Shown: in pieces, positions 37,514-50,533 of the stretch | Numbering within the stretch: the stretch's first letter is position 1 | Layout of the letters: each line of letters opens with the position of its first letter | Assembly (NCBI RefSeq): GCF_040938485.1 | Contig: NW_027270903.1 | Coordinates: 558,001-622,000 of the forward strand | Source: Diadema antillarum | Lineage: Eukaryota | DNA: 64,000 nucleotides | Direction of reading: 5' to 3' | Program-made: the position numbers and the translations under genes | The notes under the pieces: generated by a model | The model's database searches: none | What the model was told of the DNA's origin: nothing | The model's input: only the letters and a program-made list of their open reading frames with translations

Positions 37514-37686
37514 GGTTCCATGTCGTTATTCCGAAGGTTCGTTAATCCAAAAACGAGATAAGGTTCGTAATTCCAAACGTTCGTTAGAATGCATTTTTTT
37601 TTTTCACATTAACGAGCATCTAGGTTGGCCCTGTAGGGAATCTGTGTACTTTTAATAACAAACCTCCGGAATAACGGACATTACCC
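37514..37686. mobile_element. Small MITE-like inverted repeat
   Basis: gtcgttattccgaaggtt is inverted to aacctccggaataacggac; internal gaaggttcgt repeats. Confidence 0.5.
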
Positions 37687-37734
37687 ACTATATATAGCCA
37701 CTATATAATAGATAGGACAAGATGTTTTCAACAG

Positions 37735-37859
37735 TTCATATAGTCCGTCTGGCCCTGGTGTATAAATGGCTATCTGACAAGGCTGAAGTCAATGGCCAGG
37801 GCTTTGTGGCAGTAGCCCGGGGCAATAGCAGGGCTAACACTGAAGAGCTATACCTGAGG
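37735..37859 (+). CDS. Candidate orphan exon, antisense and upstream of the kinase exons
   Basis: gttttcaacag acceptor, strong AGG|gtgagt donor, open frame HIVRLALVYKWLSDKAEVNGQGFVAVARGNSRANTEELYLR. No family recognised. Confidence 0.3.
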
Positions 37860-38758
37860 GTGAGTAAGATTGTGTTATAAGAAGTACATCCAATACGAAG
37901 CTACAAGCTTTGATACCACAGAGAGTATAACATATACTTCATAGAACAAACACCATTTTGTTTTCTACAATAATCTCGCCATATCGCTCTCCGTGATGAG
38001 ATGTTATGATATTACGCCCGTCTAACGACAAATTAAACGCAGGTGAAAATTTGCGGACAGAAAAACCACACATTATACTGGTTCCATAACAGTGTTAAAT
38101 TGATTGTAGAATATGCCTTGCAAGTAGCTACAATCTTGATCATTTATTCTTGATTATTCAAACTGTTTTCATTCATATCTGACTCTTTTTTTATTACCAT
38201 GGTGAAATTTGCAGCTGACTTGGAGAAAGTTTATATCAAAACTGAAACTTGTACATTTCTGCCACAGTATTGCTTACATCATATTATTTTCTGAATACTT
38301 TGATGTAAATCAGCATGCTAATCGATCTACACTGAAGAAATTTTGTTAGGTGAAATAAATAAATTTCTGTTCTGACTATAAGTAGCATATTAATTTCATT
38401 CAAGCAACATCAGGGAATGACCAAACATACTGACTATATATGGTGGATCGCCGCCAGACGATGGCCAAAACTGACCAAAATGACCAATTCTTCACGAAAG
38501 GTGTGCAGGAGCCTACAATATTGATTGAGGTCAAAAGATATACCGTACAAGCACCTATACTTGTGAAATATGCAAATATTTTTGTTTCAATGTGTCAATA
38601 TTTTTGCAGTTGAGCTAACCTGCGAGTCTTCACAAACGGTACGTCGCAAGCAATAGTCCAAATTCTTCAAGCAAACAGTGATATTAATACTTCGTAGAGT
38701 GGGCTGTTATATTTTGATGTGTGATTTACACGGATATCTCTTTTCCTACTCCAAACAG

Positions 38759-38876
38759 ACCGCCGCAGATACACCCCGCTACTCACTCGAGGCATTGGTA
38801 TTGAATTTGTTGCGATCCTGAAACGTATTCTATCGCAATTAGCTTTCATATCTGACGAAGACCGTGGACGCATTCG
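38759..38876 (+). CDS. Candidate orphan exon
   Basis: ctcttttcctactccaaacag acceptor, CG|gtagga donor, open frame RRRYTPLLTRGIGIEFVAILKRILSQLAFISDEDRGRI. Confidence 0.35.
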
Positions 38877-39160
38877 GTAGGATAGATGGATACAAACCAT
38901 GCGTGATACATTACACACGATTGCACAGATTGTGGACGCCCAGGCTACATGAAGTGAGATAGAATTGCGAAGACAATTCTTCTTCTTCTTCTTCTTTTTT
39001 TTACTTATGCAAAGCATTTATGTACATTTGAATAAGCCAACCCTGTAGGATAATATAAGAAAACAAATGAATGAATAAATGTATGGATAAAATACCCTTC
39101 AGAATGTGGCTATGTATAAGACACTGAATATAAGTGAACACGAGATGACGTGAACATTAA

Positions 39161-39719
39161 AGGACAAGTTCACCTTCATATACATAAGGATTGATGGAAT
39201 GCAGCAATATTAGTACAACACATCAGTGAAAGTTTGAGGAAAATTGGACAATCGATGCAAAAGTTATGAATTTTTAAGATTTATGTTTTGGAACCGCTGG
39301 ATGAGGAGACTACTACAGCATGTAATGTCATATGCGTACAACAGTATAAAGAAAATATAAAGAAAATTCAACGTATTTTCATTTTTTTCGCATAATAAAA
39401 AAGCAATTGACTTGCCTCTTTCTACAGGCCAGGGGAATAATATTACCCATTACATATGTCAGTAACGAGTCAAGGGAATGTGTACTTTTTTCAAAAGATG
39501 AAATTTTGTGAAATTCTCTTTATATTTTCCTTATATTGTTGTACGCATGTCACATCATACACTGCAGTAGTCTTCTCATCCAGCGGTGACCGCACAAAAA
39601 CTTCAAAAATTCATAACTTTTGAACGGATTGTCCGATTTCCCTCAAACTTTCAATGATGTGTTCTTCTAATATTGCTATATTCTCTTAATCCTTATGTTT
39701 ATGAAGGTGAACTTGTCCT
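39161..39719. mobile_element. Kolobok-like MITE (559 bp), same family as 9646-10205
   Basis: TTAA at 39157-39160 and 39720-39723; termini AGGACAAGTTCACCTTCAT and ATGAAGGTGAACTTGTCCT. Confidence 0.82.
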
Positions 39720-40947
39720 TTAAGTAGCTGACGTCAAGAGGATCACATACCGATAAGAAGGCAAAATAACCCCATACTTTGTAATTTGAAATGCTAATAA
39801 AGTGAACATTGAAAACACTTCATAATCTTATGATGGAGAAAAATGACAGGATTATAAACCATGAAATAAAAAACACACCCATAGGGCGTACAAAAGACCA
39901 AAAGACAGTTAAAATGATTTAGATAACAGTTGGATGATAGAGCTTAGAAACATTGAACCGCATGCGTGAATATTAAAGCGACGAGAACATTCACTTTGTT
40001 GTCAAGTTGACTTAATTGGACGAATGACACTGACAACGTGATTAAATAAACAGAAAGGTAGAAGTCCCGTTAAAATGAATGCACCGTGTTCTCACGGAGC
40101 AATGGTAATGGTCACAGCCATGACACTTCAATTCAAACTATAGAAGACCAAATGATGCCATTACCTCACACGTCTTCCTATTCCCGGATTCTCCACTGTG
40201 CTGTTTGTTTGATTTTACTGATTCACCGGTCAAATTTTTTGAAATAGAGTGGTAGCTTACTTCTAAACATGGAGTAATGATGAGGACATGCAAGGAAGAA
40301 AAAAAAAACCCAAGCAAACAATGCCGAAACACAACCCTGGACAAGATTTCTGCGCTCAAAATGTATCAACCTTAAGCAATCTCGCGAAAAATTCAAAGCT
40401 TTAAAATCTACCACAAGTGAGAATAATAGGGACAAACAGTAAAACTGTAGATAGAAAATATTTTGCTTATTGTTAGTCTGCACCGTTAACTCTGCTAGTG
40501 ATTTCTGTTGTAGCTTCATTTGTAATTTATCTCTGACATCTTTTCTTTTGATGGTTCATTATAACTTCAGAGAACAAGTCATACCTTCAATATTTGATTG
40601 TTGTTGTTGTCGCAGGAAATATCGTATAGTCACTTACACCTCGCTTCAGATTTCAGAAAGTGCCTGCATATTACATGAATACCGGCACAACCTTTGAATG
40701 TTTTATGAGACATTATATTTCCTTTATACGCATTACGAAAACATTCGTGGACAACTTTAAGTAGTCGGCCAAATTACACTCCAAACATGCCAAAGTTGTC
40801 AAACTTTTCACCAGAATGTTGCGACAGCTATATCGCGACATGATTACTCATTATTTAATCCCTTGATCCATGCGTTATGCATTCGAAGAAACATAGAGTC
40901 AGCAAAGGTTAGAGAATTACATCTTTTCCAAAAATGCACTTTTCGTC

Positions 40948-41256
40948 GTGCCGCGTAAAATACCATCATGCCCTGCACCCGCTAAGCAGCCAGAGGGCGC
41001 AAGTCAAAAGTTCAAGCGTTGCTCATCGACAATTGTCGGACCCAAACCTCAGGCCGTCGAGGTTTTGTCAGCGACAGAACAGAGCTGTCAAAATACGGAT
41101 GTCTCGTGGGACAAACAACCACCCAGGGGTGGGGCACTCTTCGATTCAGGCCCTGGGAATGTTAAAGAGTCACCAGTCCGTATGAAAACACAAAACGAGA
41201 ACGGAATATTAAAGCCATCCATTTCAATTTTTGTTACAGATGGAAAACGGTCCTAG
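40948..41256 (+). CDS. Candidate coding segment, unknown disordered protein
   Basis: 102-aa GC-richer ORF (PRKIPSCPAPAKQPEG...), open upstream to about 40897. No recognisable domain. Confidence 0.25.
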   Translation: MPRKIPSCPAPAKQPEGASQKFKRCSSTIVGPKPQAVEVLSATEQSCQNTDVSWDKQPPRGGALFDSGPGNVKESPVRMKTQNENGILKPSISIFVTDGKRS

Positions 41257-43139
41257 CGATGACGACGATCAACGCATAACAATTAAGTTGAAATATTATT
41301 TATGTTAGCGTTGCTGCTTTCCTAAGATGATGCCGAACATAATAATTGTAGAAGTGTTGACGGGATTTTGGTTGTTGCTGCTGCTGGAGATCATAATGAT
41401 GATTAGAAGACGTCGACGATTAAAGTTGGTGGTGGTGACGAGACTAACAATGCATAGAATAGTGATGACATTACAGCATCCCCCCCCCCAAAAAAAAATA
41501 ATAATAAGCCGATATATTTTTTATCGTATTTGTAATATTAAACCAGTGACCGAAAAGGTATAATATAAAAGACAAAGTTTTGGTTTAAGATAGAATCGCG
41601 CTCCGAGTCACGGGAATTCCGTCCTTTGTTTAATATGGTATACGGTGGCAAATTTATAGATGTTAACGTCATTTTATACGGAACATCCACACTCGTGACG
41701 AGTCCCCTTCAGAAATGTTCATATGAAATAGTCAATTATTAATCCTCCACATGCTATTTGACTCTAACATGCTTTGGTAGAGAGTGCATGGCCAACGCTG
41801 GTGGTCAAAATCTTATTTGTTTCGCGTAAATTTGTGGTTATTTCTCTTCATACTGATTATTACAATGCCAACGAAATGAGGTTTATCATGATTTGTAGAA
41901 CAACTCTCTTAAGACGTCATCGGTCATGAATGAGAAAGATGACTTGGACGAGTTTGACCCTTGCAACAACCGTTTCTCGTTTGACGGTGACGGTACCGAA
42001 TACACATTCGGAATGTCCTTTAATTTTGGAGGATGTTTTTTAGGGAAGGGCGTGAGCGAGCCTCGAAAAAAAGTGGAGTAAAAGTGAGGAGAAACAGCCA
42101 CCGGCGGAGGGGTGTAGATGCGATATAATATGATGGCATAAGTGTCGGGCAGCAGAGGTCGGAGCTTGCCACACATGAGTGACGTGAACGACCGGGAGAA
42201 ATTCGGAAGAATGTGGAGTAAGGTACTGGCAAGCGGGAGTGCTCTACGGGCTCCTCCTAAAACTTACTCTCTTACTCTAATACAAAGTGCTAAATCCAGA
42301 GACGAATCCTACTGATAGGTGTAAAATGAATTTGTTCAGACCAGTTTATCCGTAGGCACTCCTACGGAGATAAGCTAATTGTATTGAATTTTCCAACCCG
42401 TCGAGACTACACACAACAGCCATTCATCTGAGATGAGCAGGTCGTAGCTACACGTACGAACTCAAGGGAGTGGCGTGGAATATCGACTTGTGACACGGGT
42501 GTCGATGGGCAAGTTTGGGCGTTTAGATTGCTAAGATGACCGTTACTGAAAAGGCTGGTTTGGTGTTGACGCCTTAGCCATAAGTCCAGAAAGAAGCCAT
42601 AAGACTTAAGTGACACATTTTAAATGTACCCTCTTGGGACAATACGCAATACAATTCAGTATAACAAAACAACTGACTTTCTGAACTAATAATACTTAAT
42701 TATCCCTAGCCTTTAAATCCTTCTGGGATGTAACGCCCTAAAAATATCAACAGATTACTAAGTATCATTTTATAGATACTGAACCGATACTGTAAAACGA
42801 GGAATGTTCGCGTGCATTTTAATTTCGCGAATTTCGCGAGGAGTACATCTTTGACAACGAATAAAAGTGAGGCGTACAACACCAGGCTTTAGACAGGCGT
42901 CAATACTCTTTAAAAAAGTACTGGTGGCGTCGAAATTTATCAACAGCTAGAGGAAATATCGATTCTTCTGTGATTCCAAGGAGGTATCGTGTGTGATAAC
43001 TCCTTGGTGATTCTATTCTGGTTTTATTGATGTTAATAGATGTAAATAGATTGTACACACGATAGATCGTGTGTCATAATTAGATACCTATCTTCTCAAG
43101 ATCTATCTTCAGTATGACATGCCACCATCATAAACCATC

Positions 43140-43810
43140 CATTGTCACATTAATCGTCATCATGTCACTAGTCATGAGCTTCATCGTCTGCTTCTCACTA
43201 ACTTTTACCACCATCATTACAGTCATCACCGTCGTCACCGCTTCATCGCAGTAATTATCGTCATCATAACCTTCCTCAGCGTCATCGTTACTGTCGTCAT
43301 CACTGTAATCGTCAACAAAAGCCTCGTCATCACTGTAGCCACCGGCATCAGCATCGTCGTCATCATTGTCAGCATCATCAACGACGTCGTTCTCTTCTTC
43401 AGAATGCTGCCATCGTCATCAGGGTCGACATTATCGGCAACGTTATCATTATAATTGTAACAAATATCGTCGTCCTCATCACTGATGGCCTAATCGTCGC
43501 CTATTCATCATCGTCGTCACATAAATTGTAATCATTCTCTGTATTGTCATAGTCACCACCGTTATCATTGTCGGCATCATGATAATTGCGGTCACTGTCA
43601 CCTTCTTCGACATCCTCGTCACCATCGTCGTTGTCTGTATAGTCGTCGTCGTTCTAATTTTCGTCACCGTCGTTATTGTCGACATCAGGGACATCAACAT
43701 TATTTTCGTCATCCTGCTCATCATCGCCGTCATTATCTTCATCATCGTTATCACAACAGTCATCATCGTCACCACCTGTACTGCTACCACCACCATTCAT
43801 TACATTCACC
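43140..43810. repeat. Degenerate (ATC/GTC)n low-complexity tract
   Basis: About 670 bp of decayed trinucleotide repeat; the minus strand reads as Asp/Asn-rich frames with stops and frameshifts. Confidence 0.8.
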
Positions 43811-43957
43811 TTCATCGTCACTTGTGCCACTTCCACTCCCGTGCTTTCAGTTGGGCAAGGGTCAGTAATCAATCATCTCTTTTTGATTAGGAATGAAAAT
43901 TACTGCGATAATTGAGTGTACCCTGCCACGTGATGAGGACTGTACATCACATAGAAA

Positions 43958-43971
43958 GTTACCATGGTAAC
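43958..43971. promoter_or_regulatory. Palindromic RFX X-box motif
   Basis: GTTACCATGGTAAC, a perfect palindrome in non-repeat DNA. Confidence 0.4.
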
Positions 43972-44687
43972 ATGCAAACCATTATAAAGGTAAGGCCCAT
44001 AGGCAATTTGTCGGTCAAAACTCATCAAGATATAGATACACAGGAAACTGAATGATATCAAGACGCTCACTGACGATACCATCAAAGGTTAAAAACTTTA
44101 AAAAGGCATCAGGAGGGTGTGGAGTGGGGAAGGGATTGAAGCAGGAGAGGGAGGATGAAAAGCTCGTGAAAGAAAATAGAAGAAGGCGTTTTTCTCTCAT
44201 CTTTGACCAACTCAACATTTGGAAGACCTGATATAAAGCTTCGACTCGGATATTTATCATGTGCATTTAGCTCCGATTAATATATTTTCTGTGGGCTTGC
44301 CCGCCTAAAACATGTCTTCTGTTCATGCACATTATCTTTGAAACTCAGAAATGATCCCAGAAAATATGCTGGCGAGACCTTTGCTTATAGTACTTACTAT
44401 ATTATTGGTGAGAAATAGAAGATTATGCATCACAATGATAATACATAAAGAAAATAGCAACACAATTTCATCAACAAGAAACAAAAGAGAAGAAAAAAAA
44501 AACCCGACACACAATGGAGCTGTCGACCTCATTCTACTTGACTCACTTTTTGAACAGTGAGAATTACAAGTGAGCAATGTCAAGACTTAACATGAACTTT
44601 AAGACCAATTTATTTCCGTGGAGCGGGGACCTCGCGATCTGCCCCAAAACCGCTTCTTATCAACATTACAGCACGAATTACTTCTCC

Positions 44688-44701
44688 GTTACCATGGCAA
44701 C
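44688..44701. promoter_or_regulatory. RFX X-box motif at the edge of a CpG-rich segment
   Basis: GTTACCATGGCAAC within the CpG-enriched 44620-45110 region. Confidence 0.45.
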
Positions 44702-45478
44702 GATTCCGAGGGAGGTCTCACTGGCTGCCACACTATATCTATCAAGAATGTGAATTTCAGTTTCGGGTTCGACGCAATATTGCGTGAGGTCAGCAGCGGC
44801 GATTTTCCGTCACCTTTCGGGCGAGATCTGATGGCGGGAAAAGTATGCCCGTTTGTCACGTATGCCTCCGCGTTCTGACGGCTTCAGCGGGGGCTGAGAA
44901 ATTGGGGCGAATATCTCGCGCCCTATTGGGATCGCCGGTGAAAATGACAGCTAACAGCTATGATTTGGATGATTTACACCTAAAAGGCATACTGCTATTT
45001 TTTGAGGTTGGCGCGAATGATACGTCTGAGAAACATTTCGAGACCAGCCCGGGCTATAACCATGTCGAAGGAGATCACACTAGGCACTGCGCTTCGTATC
45101 ACGTCGAGAATGACTTCTGAAATAGATTTCAAGTCATTACTGGGAATGCAAATGAAAGAATGTTTGTGTGATACTATTTCTCGGGTTTCTGACACCTTTT
45201 CACTTCCAATTTAATGAAAGAAAAAAATCATATCGTCGGGATACTATATAGTAAATTGCTATCATCACATTCCACTAAGGAAAAACACAACAACAACAAA
45301 CCAACAACAACAAAAATTATAGGATTTGCCCAGCAATTACACTTTTAGAATGTAATACATCTATAATGAATCTAATCAATGAACAGAAATATTTATGAAC
45401 AAACGACACATATACCATGATGGGTAAGAAGGCCAGTGAACAACAGTTCAAAGGGTGTGAAAATGATTCAATTGAGAG

Positions 45479-45615
45479 TGTTGAATAGAGGATGAATAGA
45501 TAGCAAGACATACATACATACATACATACATACATACGTGCATACGTACTAGAGAGGGTTGAATAGAGGATGAATAGATAGCAAGACATACATACATACA
45601 TACATACATACGTAC
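45479..45615 (+). repeat. Short tandem duplication with (CATA)n
   Basis: gttgaatagaggatgaatagatagcaagacatacatacatac occurs twice, about 80 bp apart. Confidence 0.85.
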
Positions 45616-46610
45616 TAGAGACAGACAGTGTGATAGAAAGGAATCAAGTGTTAAAGACAGCGTGAAGATATAAATATCGCTAAGACAGAGTGTAACTAGT
45701 GGACAAGAAAACCCTGAAGAAATACATCAACATCTGTTTTTATGATTTCTCTAAACGATAGTATCACATCAAATAATCAAGAATTTCTACGTCGCCGTTT
45801 GTCAATCTTCATAATGAATGTAGCTCGGTTAAGAGTGGAATGTATTCTCATCTCAGTTTATGCAGTCACCTGATACCATTTCCATTCCTTCTCTTTCATG
45901 TCATTCGTGAAGTGAACATTCAAACGGATGGCAATTTTCCATGTTTCTTGACTTACTCAGAATTCTAAAAGTGAACCAAGAGTGAAACAAGACAAGTCAT
46001 TACCGACAAATTTATGAAACCGAACATGAAAAAAAGTGTCGTAAAAATGTACTTAGTGTCGACAGAGCGAAAATGCACTGTTACACTGTTTCACATTTTC
46101 ATATCAAAACCAGCTTCAAGTACTCATCCTTAGAGCCATTCCAAGCAAAAATTTGCTGCGACACCTACACCCTTCAAAGGCTCATAATTGTGTCAATGTT
46201 AAGGCAGTGGAGTAGAGTGACATCACCTCAACGTAATAAAGTCATCATCCACTTTCCTCAGTCAAACACATATGTGCCCTCCGATACGAGTCCCCGAGCG
46301 TCGTATCGATTACCGTGATTCTAACTTTATGAGATCTACTGGGACATTCTGGTATGTTGGGGTAAGCTATAGAATGAGACGGATTGCGAATAAAGTCAGG
46401 TTCTCTTGACATCACAGCTGCAGAGCCATATCGTTGATGTTTGCTTCACACAAGTAACTCCAAAAAAATGAGCAGACGGGAGCAGATATCAACAACCAAT
46501 GGTCGAGATGACTGGTCCAGCAGACTTCTTATCAATTTGGCTTGCGTTAGCAATGTCTGGATGACGACTAGAACGAACTCAACACGAGCCTAACGAGACA
46601 ACCAACTAGC

Positions 46611-46760
46611 CAAACAACAACAACAACAACAACAACGACGACAACAACAACAACAACAAACCAACTAACCAACAACAACAACAAAAACAAACCAACCAAC
46701 TAACCAACAGCAAACAGCAAACAGCAACAACAGCAGTAGCAACAACAACAACAACAGGCA
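46611..46760 (+). repeat. (CAA)n microsatellite, imperfect
   Basis: Direct reading. Confidence 0.9.
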
Positions 46761-48844
46761 AATTAATGCGCGGTAACACTCTCATTAAAGTATGAGAGAG
46801 AACAGCTATAGCTACATAGTGACAATCTAACTCGCTTTTCATATAGCGGAATAATATCATATTCTGCTGCATGAATACAGCGGAATAATCTTATATTTTT
46901 ACATTCGTCTATCAAGACATTATCAGACTCAAGTGTGCTGGAATACAACAATATATATAGATAATGTGCTAAAATCTCGGATTTATGTAGACCTTGTCAA
47001 AAATAGAGGGGGTAGAGAGAGAGAGAAAAAAAAAAGCTGTACCTAGTGCCACCATTTAGATCTGCGACGAACACAAATTACGCTTACCTCTCGAATCAAA
47101 CTTGCAAATGCTGCTGGGATTCGAACCCTCTCGCACGGGCACTGCACTTTGATTTAACCCTTGTCTAGCCCTGAGGGGCGAACCCATGTTCAAGGGTTAC
47201 ACCGCCGCACCCCTTCACTCCCATTCACTATTCTTCATGCCCCCACCCCACTCACGTCTCTAGAGGGCGGAACAGACTGATGAAACATAATCAGACAATG
47301 CACCCAATCATCGAAGTAACATTTTTGCATGGGAATGTCTCAATGTCACTTTCAACTTTCAAAATAATAAATTGACGTATCACATTTCGTGATAACAACC
47401 GACATACGACATGGTATGTGCAGATTTGCATATATTCCCGCCATAAACCATTTGAGCACTTGTACTTTCTTCTGCAACTTTATGACCTGTGCACCAGCTC
47501 AGCAAATAGAGGAAGTTCCAAAGTAAAATTCAACTCTCAAAATTACGAGCTTCATTATTGCTCTGCCAGCAGCATTAGCTAATTACAGGATGTGTTGATA
47601 AGAAAATAAAAATAAACCGAAGTAGAATACCACCGGGAACTGAAAATTTGCCATTACAAGGCCCCTTGACAATAGAAATTCACATTTGATTATAAATTTG
47701 ATAGCCTCATAACTCAGTAGCTAACAGCGAATTGAAGGATTTTGTGCTCAATTCAAGTCGTTACTGTTCAGGGCCTTGGACTGGCCTTTCGTCACGATCA
47801 TTAACGAAATTTAATGTCTTTCGTAAATGTTGCACAATGTCGTGTCATTTTATCATGCATTCAAACAAGAGAATCGTGTACGCAGGATAACGTGTAATGC
47901 ACTTAAAACATTTTCATTCCCCTGTGTTACTGGATTCAAAATAATGTGGCCTAACTTCAGATAGTAGCGCATTGAATTTGCTGGTAAGTTTAGTTACTGC
48001 GATCACGAAGGTTACACAGAATTGCTAGCCCTCTTTCTTTAAATCAGTCAGCCATCATGAAGGTTTCCCGATGACTTCCTGATGAAGGGGGGGGGGGGGG
48101 GGAAGATTCACAAACCATCTACGGCGATACCGCAAGTTCATGTCGCACATATGCGAACAATTAAAATTCTGTTTGAGCCAATGTCATCACGATTCATTAA
48201 AATCTCCTCTCTTAATTAGATCACGAGGGTTTCTTTTAATTCTACATAATACACGCGATCACTGCCTCAGCCGTTCATAAATAGTGGACACGAAAACTTT
48301 GAAACCCGCAGACAATCAATGCCGCTCTATGCTCCTTGTTTCGACTTTCACTGTCCATTGATAACGCGTCAACCTGGACCGTAAATGACAAGGGACATTA
48401 ATGAGTCTGCGATAGCTGCGCCGGGTCAAAATGTGAGCGCAGACGACCGACGTGGCTCGCCAGCTGCGAAAATGAAATCGATTAGCCCGATTTACGCCGA
48501 TCGTGAGATTGACGGGCTGTCTGGTCGCTGGCCATGTCGCTCTGTCGCGCGTCGCTCGTCGATGATCGCCTTCCCCCTGCAGTTTGCTGGAAGTTCAGTC
48601 TTTGGAATAGGCGTTTACTGAATTTGTCAAATCACGCGATCATGCTAGCATATTGATATCTGTACCTCCCCTGATGGCTGAGTTCCCGAAGTCTAGTTAG
48701 TACAGTCACCATCACTCCTCCTGCTATCAACACGACAGCCATCATTACTTTCCCTGATTTGATTACTGTAGTCTGCAGCCTCCTCCCCCATATTCCCATC
48801 CTTATGTCTATTCTATCGGCACAACGACGCAAAAATACTTTTAG

Positions 48845-49060
48845 TGTCATCATCGTCATCACCATTACTAATATCACCATCATTACCAATATTACCATCA
48901 TCATCATCATCATCATCATCATTATCATCATCATTATCATCATCACCATCATCATGGCATCATCATCATTATTATCGTCTTCATCACCAATACTAACGTC
49001 ATTGTCATTATCATCATCATCATCATCATCATCATCATTATCATCATCATCACCATCATT
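48845..49060 (+). repeat. (CAT)n microsatellite, imperfect
   Basis: Direct reading. Confidence 0.9.
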
Positions 49061-50381
49061 CTAAGCGGGATACATATAAAAGCCACAGCAAACAATCCAC
49101 TCTCCTTGCATTTTTTTTTTCAATGATTTCTTTTGTATCGCCATCACCACTATCAATAACACCAGCAGTCATGGCAAGTGCAGCGCACGGAAAAAAATAG
49201 ATATCTTAAACCTGACAACGTCATCAACCATCATCTTCTAGCCCGACGTGACTAAAGTGTCCAACGCACCACACCTCTCATTAAGCATTTTTCTGCAAGG
49301 CCTTGTTCTCTCCATTCAGCTATCACATTGCAGTCATGTAAAGGAACCGTTGTGAACGAGAGGAAGATTTCTCAATCTAAAGTTCCCTGATTCAAATTCG
49401 CAGATAAAAGCGGTTTTTCATAATGCAATCACTTGAAGGCTAGCTTGGTAGCTTGCTCATAAGCATTGCAGTGGTACCTTTGGGTAGACAGAAATCCAAA
49501 AACACAAATAGACACTGTTGAGATCATGGCAATGGTCTGAACCAGGGTACTGCCTGATAGCAGATCAGACTGCTGATGATCTGGTTATGAAGTTTAGAAA
49601 ACATAACAAACGAACACTAATCAAATTAAAAACGACAACATCTGATTAAACAAATAAGTTACTGAAATTTATGATAAAGAAAAAGAGCAACTGATTCACT
49701 GTTGCCTCGAATATTCATTTGCTTGTTTTCTGTGATATTACTGAAAAGAAATATGATATATCTATGAAATTTTGTTGAAGAAAATAAAATCACTTAGACA
49801 AACAAACAAATAAACACACACACGAACACACAAACATGCACATACACAAACGCACACTCACCCAACAAGTGATGAAGCGTAGTAGAAGATTGAACGTTAG
49901 CTAGTCAGCTCGTTGGAGGATGGATGAACTCGGCTGACTCTCCTCGTCCATTCGAAATCGCCAGCATATTTTCCGGTCTAGCGCCCTCTCATGGGCACTA
50001 CATCTCTCCCTCCCTTGCCATTAAAAATCCTTATATCATACGCACGCAATGGAGCTTTCTGGACCAAAGACACGAAAATTAGTAAGGTAGGGAATGTAAT
50101 TGCGTTACAAAATGTTGTATTCACTAGTCCAACTACTATACAGTAAAATGGCCTTAGGTCTGCATTCAGCGGGTTGCAGTGATTGTTTTGTTTTTTGTTT
50201 TGTTTTTCCCCCAAAAATATAATTGCATGATATGGAACGTCTTTCAGGGCGCACCTGAACGACAGTCATGGCTGCAAATTTGGCTAGAGGCAGAGGAGTG
50301 TATACATGTAGTATGACATCCGCCAGATGATCTGGACTATTGAAAACTGAACTCCTGGAAGCTAGACTAGCAGGACCGAGA

Positions 50382-50533
50382 CTACTCCTCTTGGACCACA
50401 TCGACCCCCTTTTGCTTGGTTGATATTTCATTTGAAATCTGTCTCCGCCTAGCCAGGGGAGTACAGGAATCAGTGGGGCGTCCATACAGTGTCCTATACC
50501 TATCACCACCCTCGGGCAGTTCATACCACGAGT
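50382..50533 (-). CDS. Candidate terminal exon of an unidentified minus-strand gene
   Basis: ccttctttcatcaaacag acceptor, phase-1 frame DSWYELPEGGDRYRTLYGRPTDSCTPLARRRQISNEISTKQKGVDVVQEE*. Confidence 0.3.

Noticed and set aside
47110-47135. tRNA gene (gggattcgaaccc B-box; also gggttcaaatccc near 59498)
   Set aside because: Isolated B-box-like motifs without an A-box and cloverleaf; at most SINE remnants.
47480-47500. LVHR|gt and IHR|gt hits (47486, 60638) as the missing kinase subdomain VIa exon
   Set aside because: Upstream residues (ELPLFAE; FLISPLF) do not resemble subdomain VIa, and the donors are weak.
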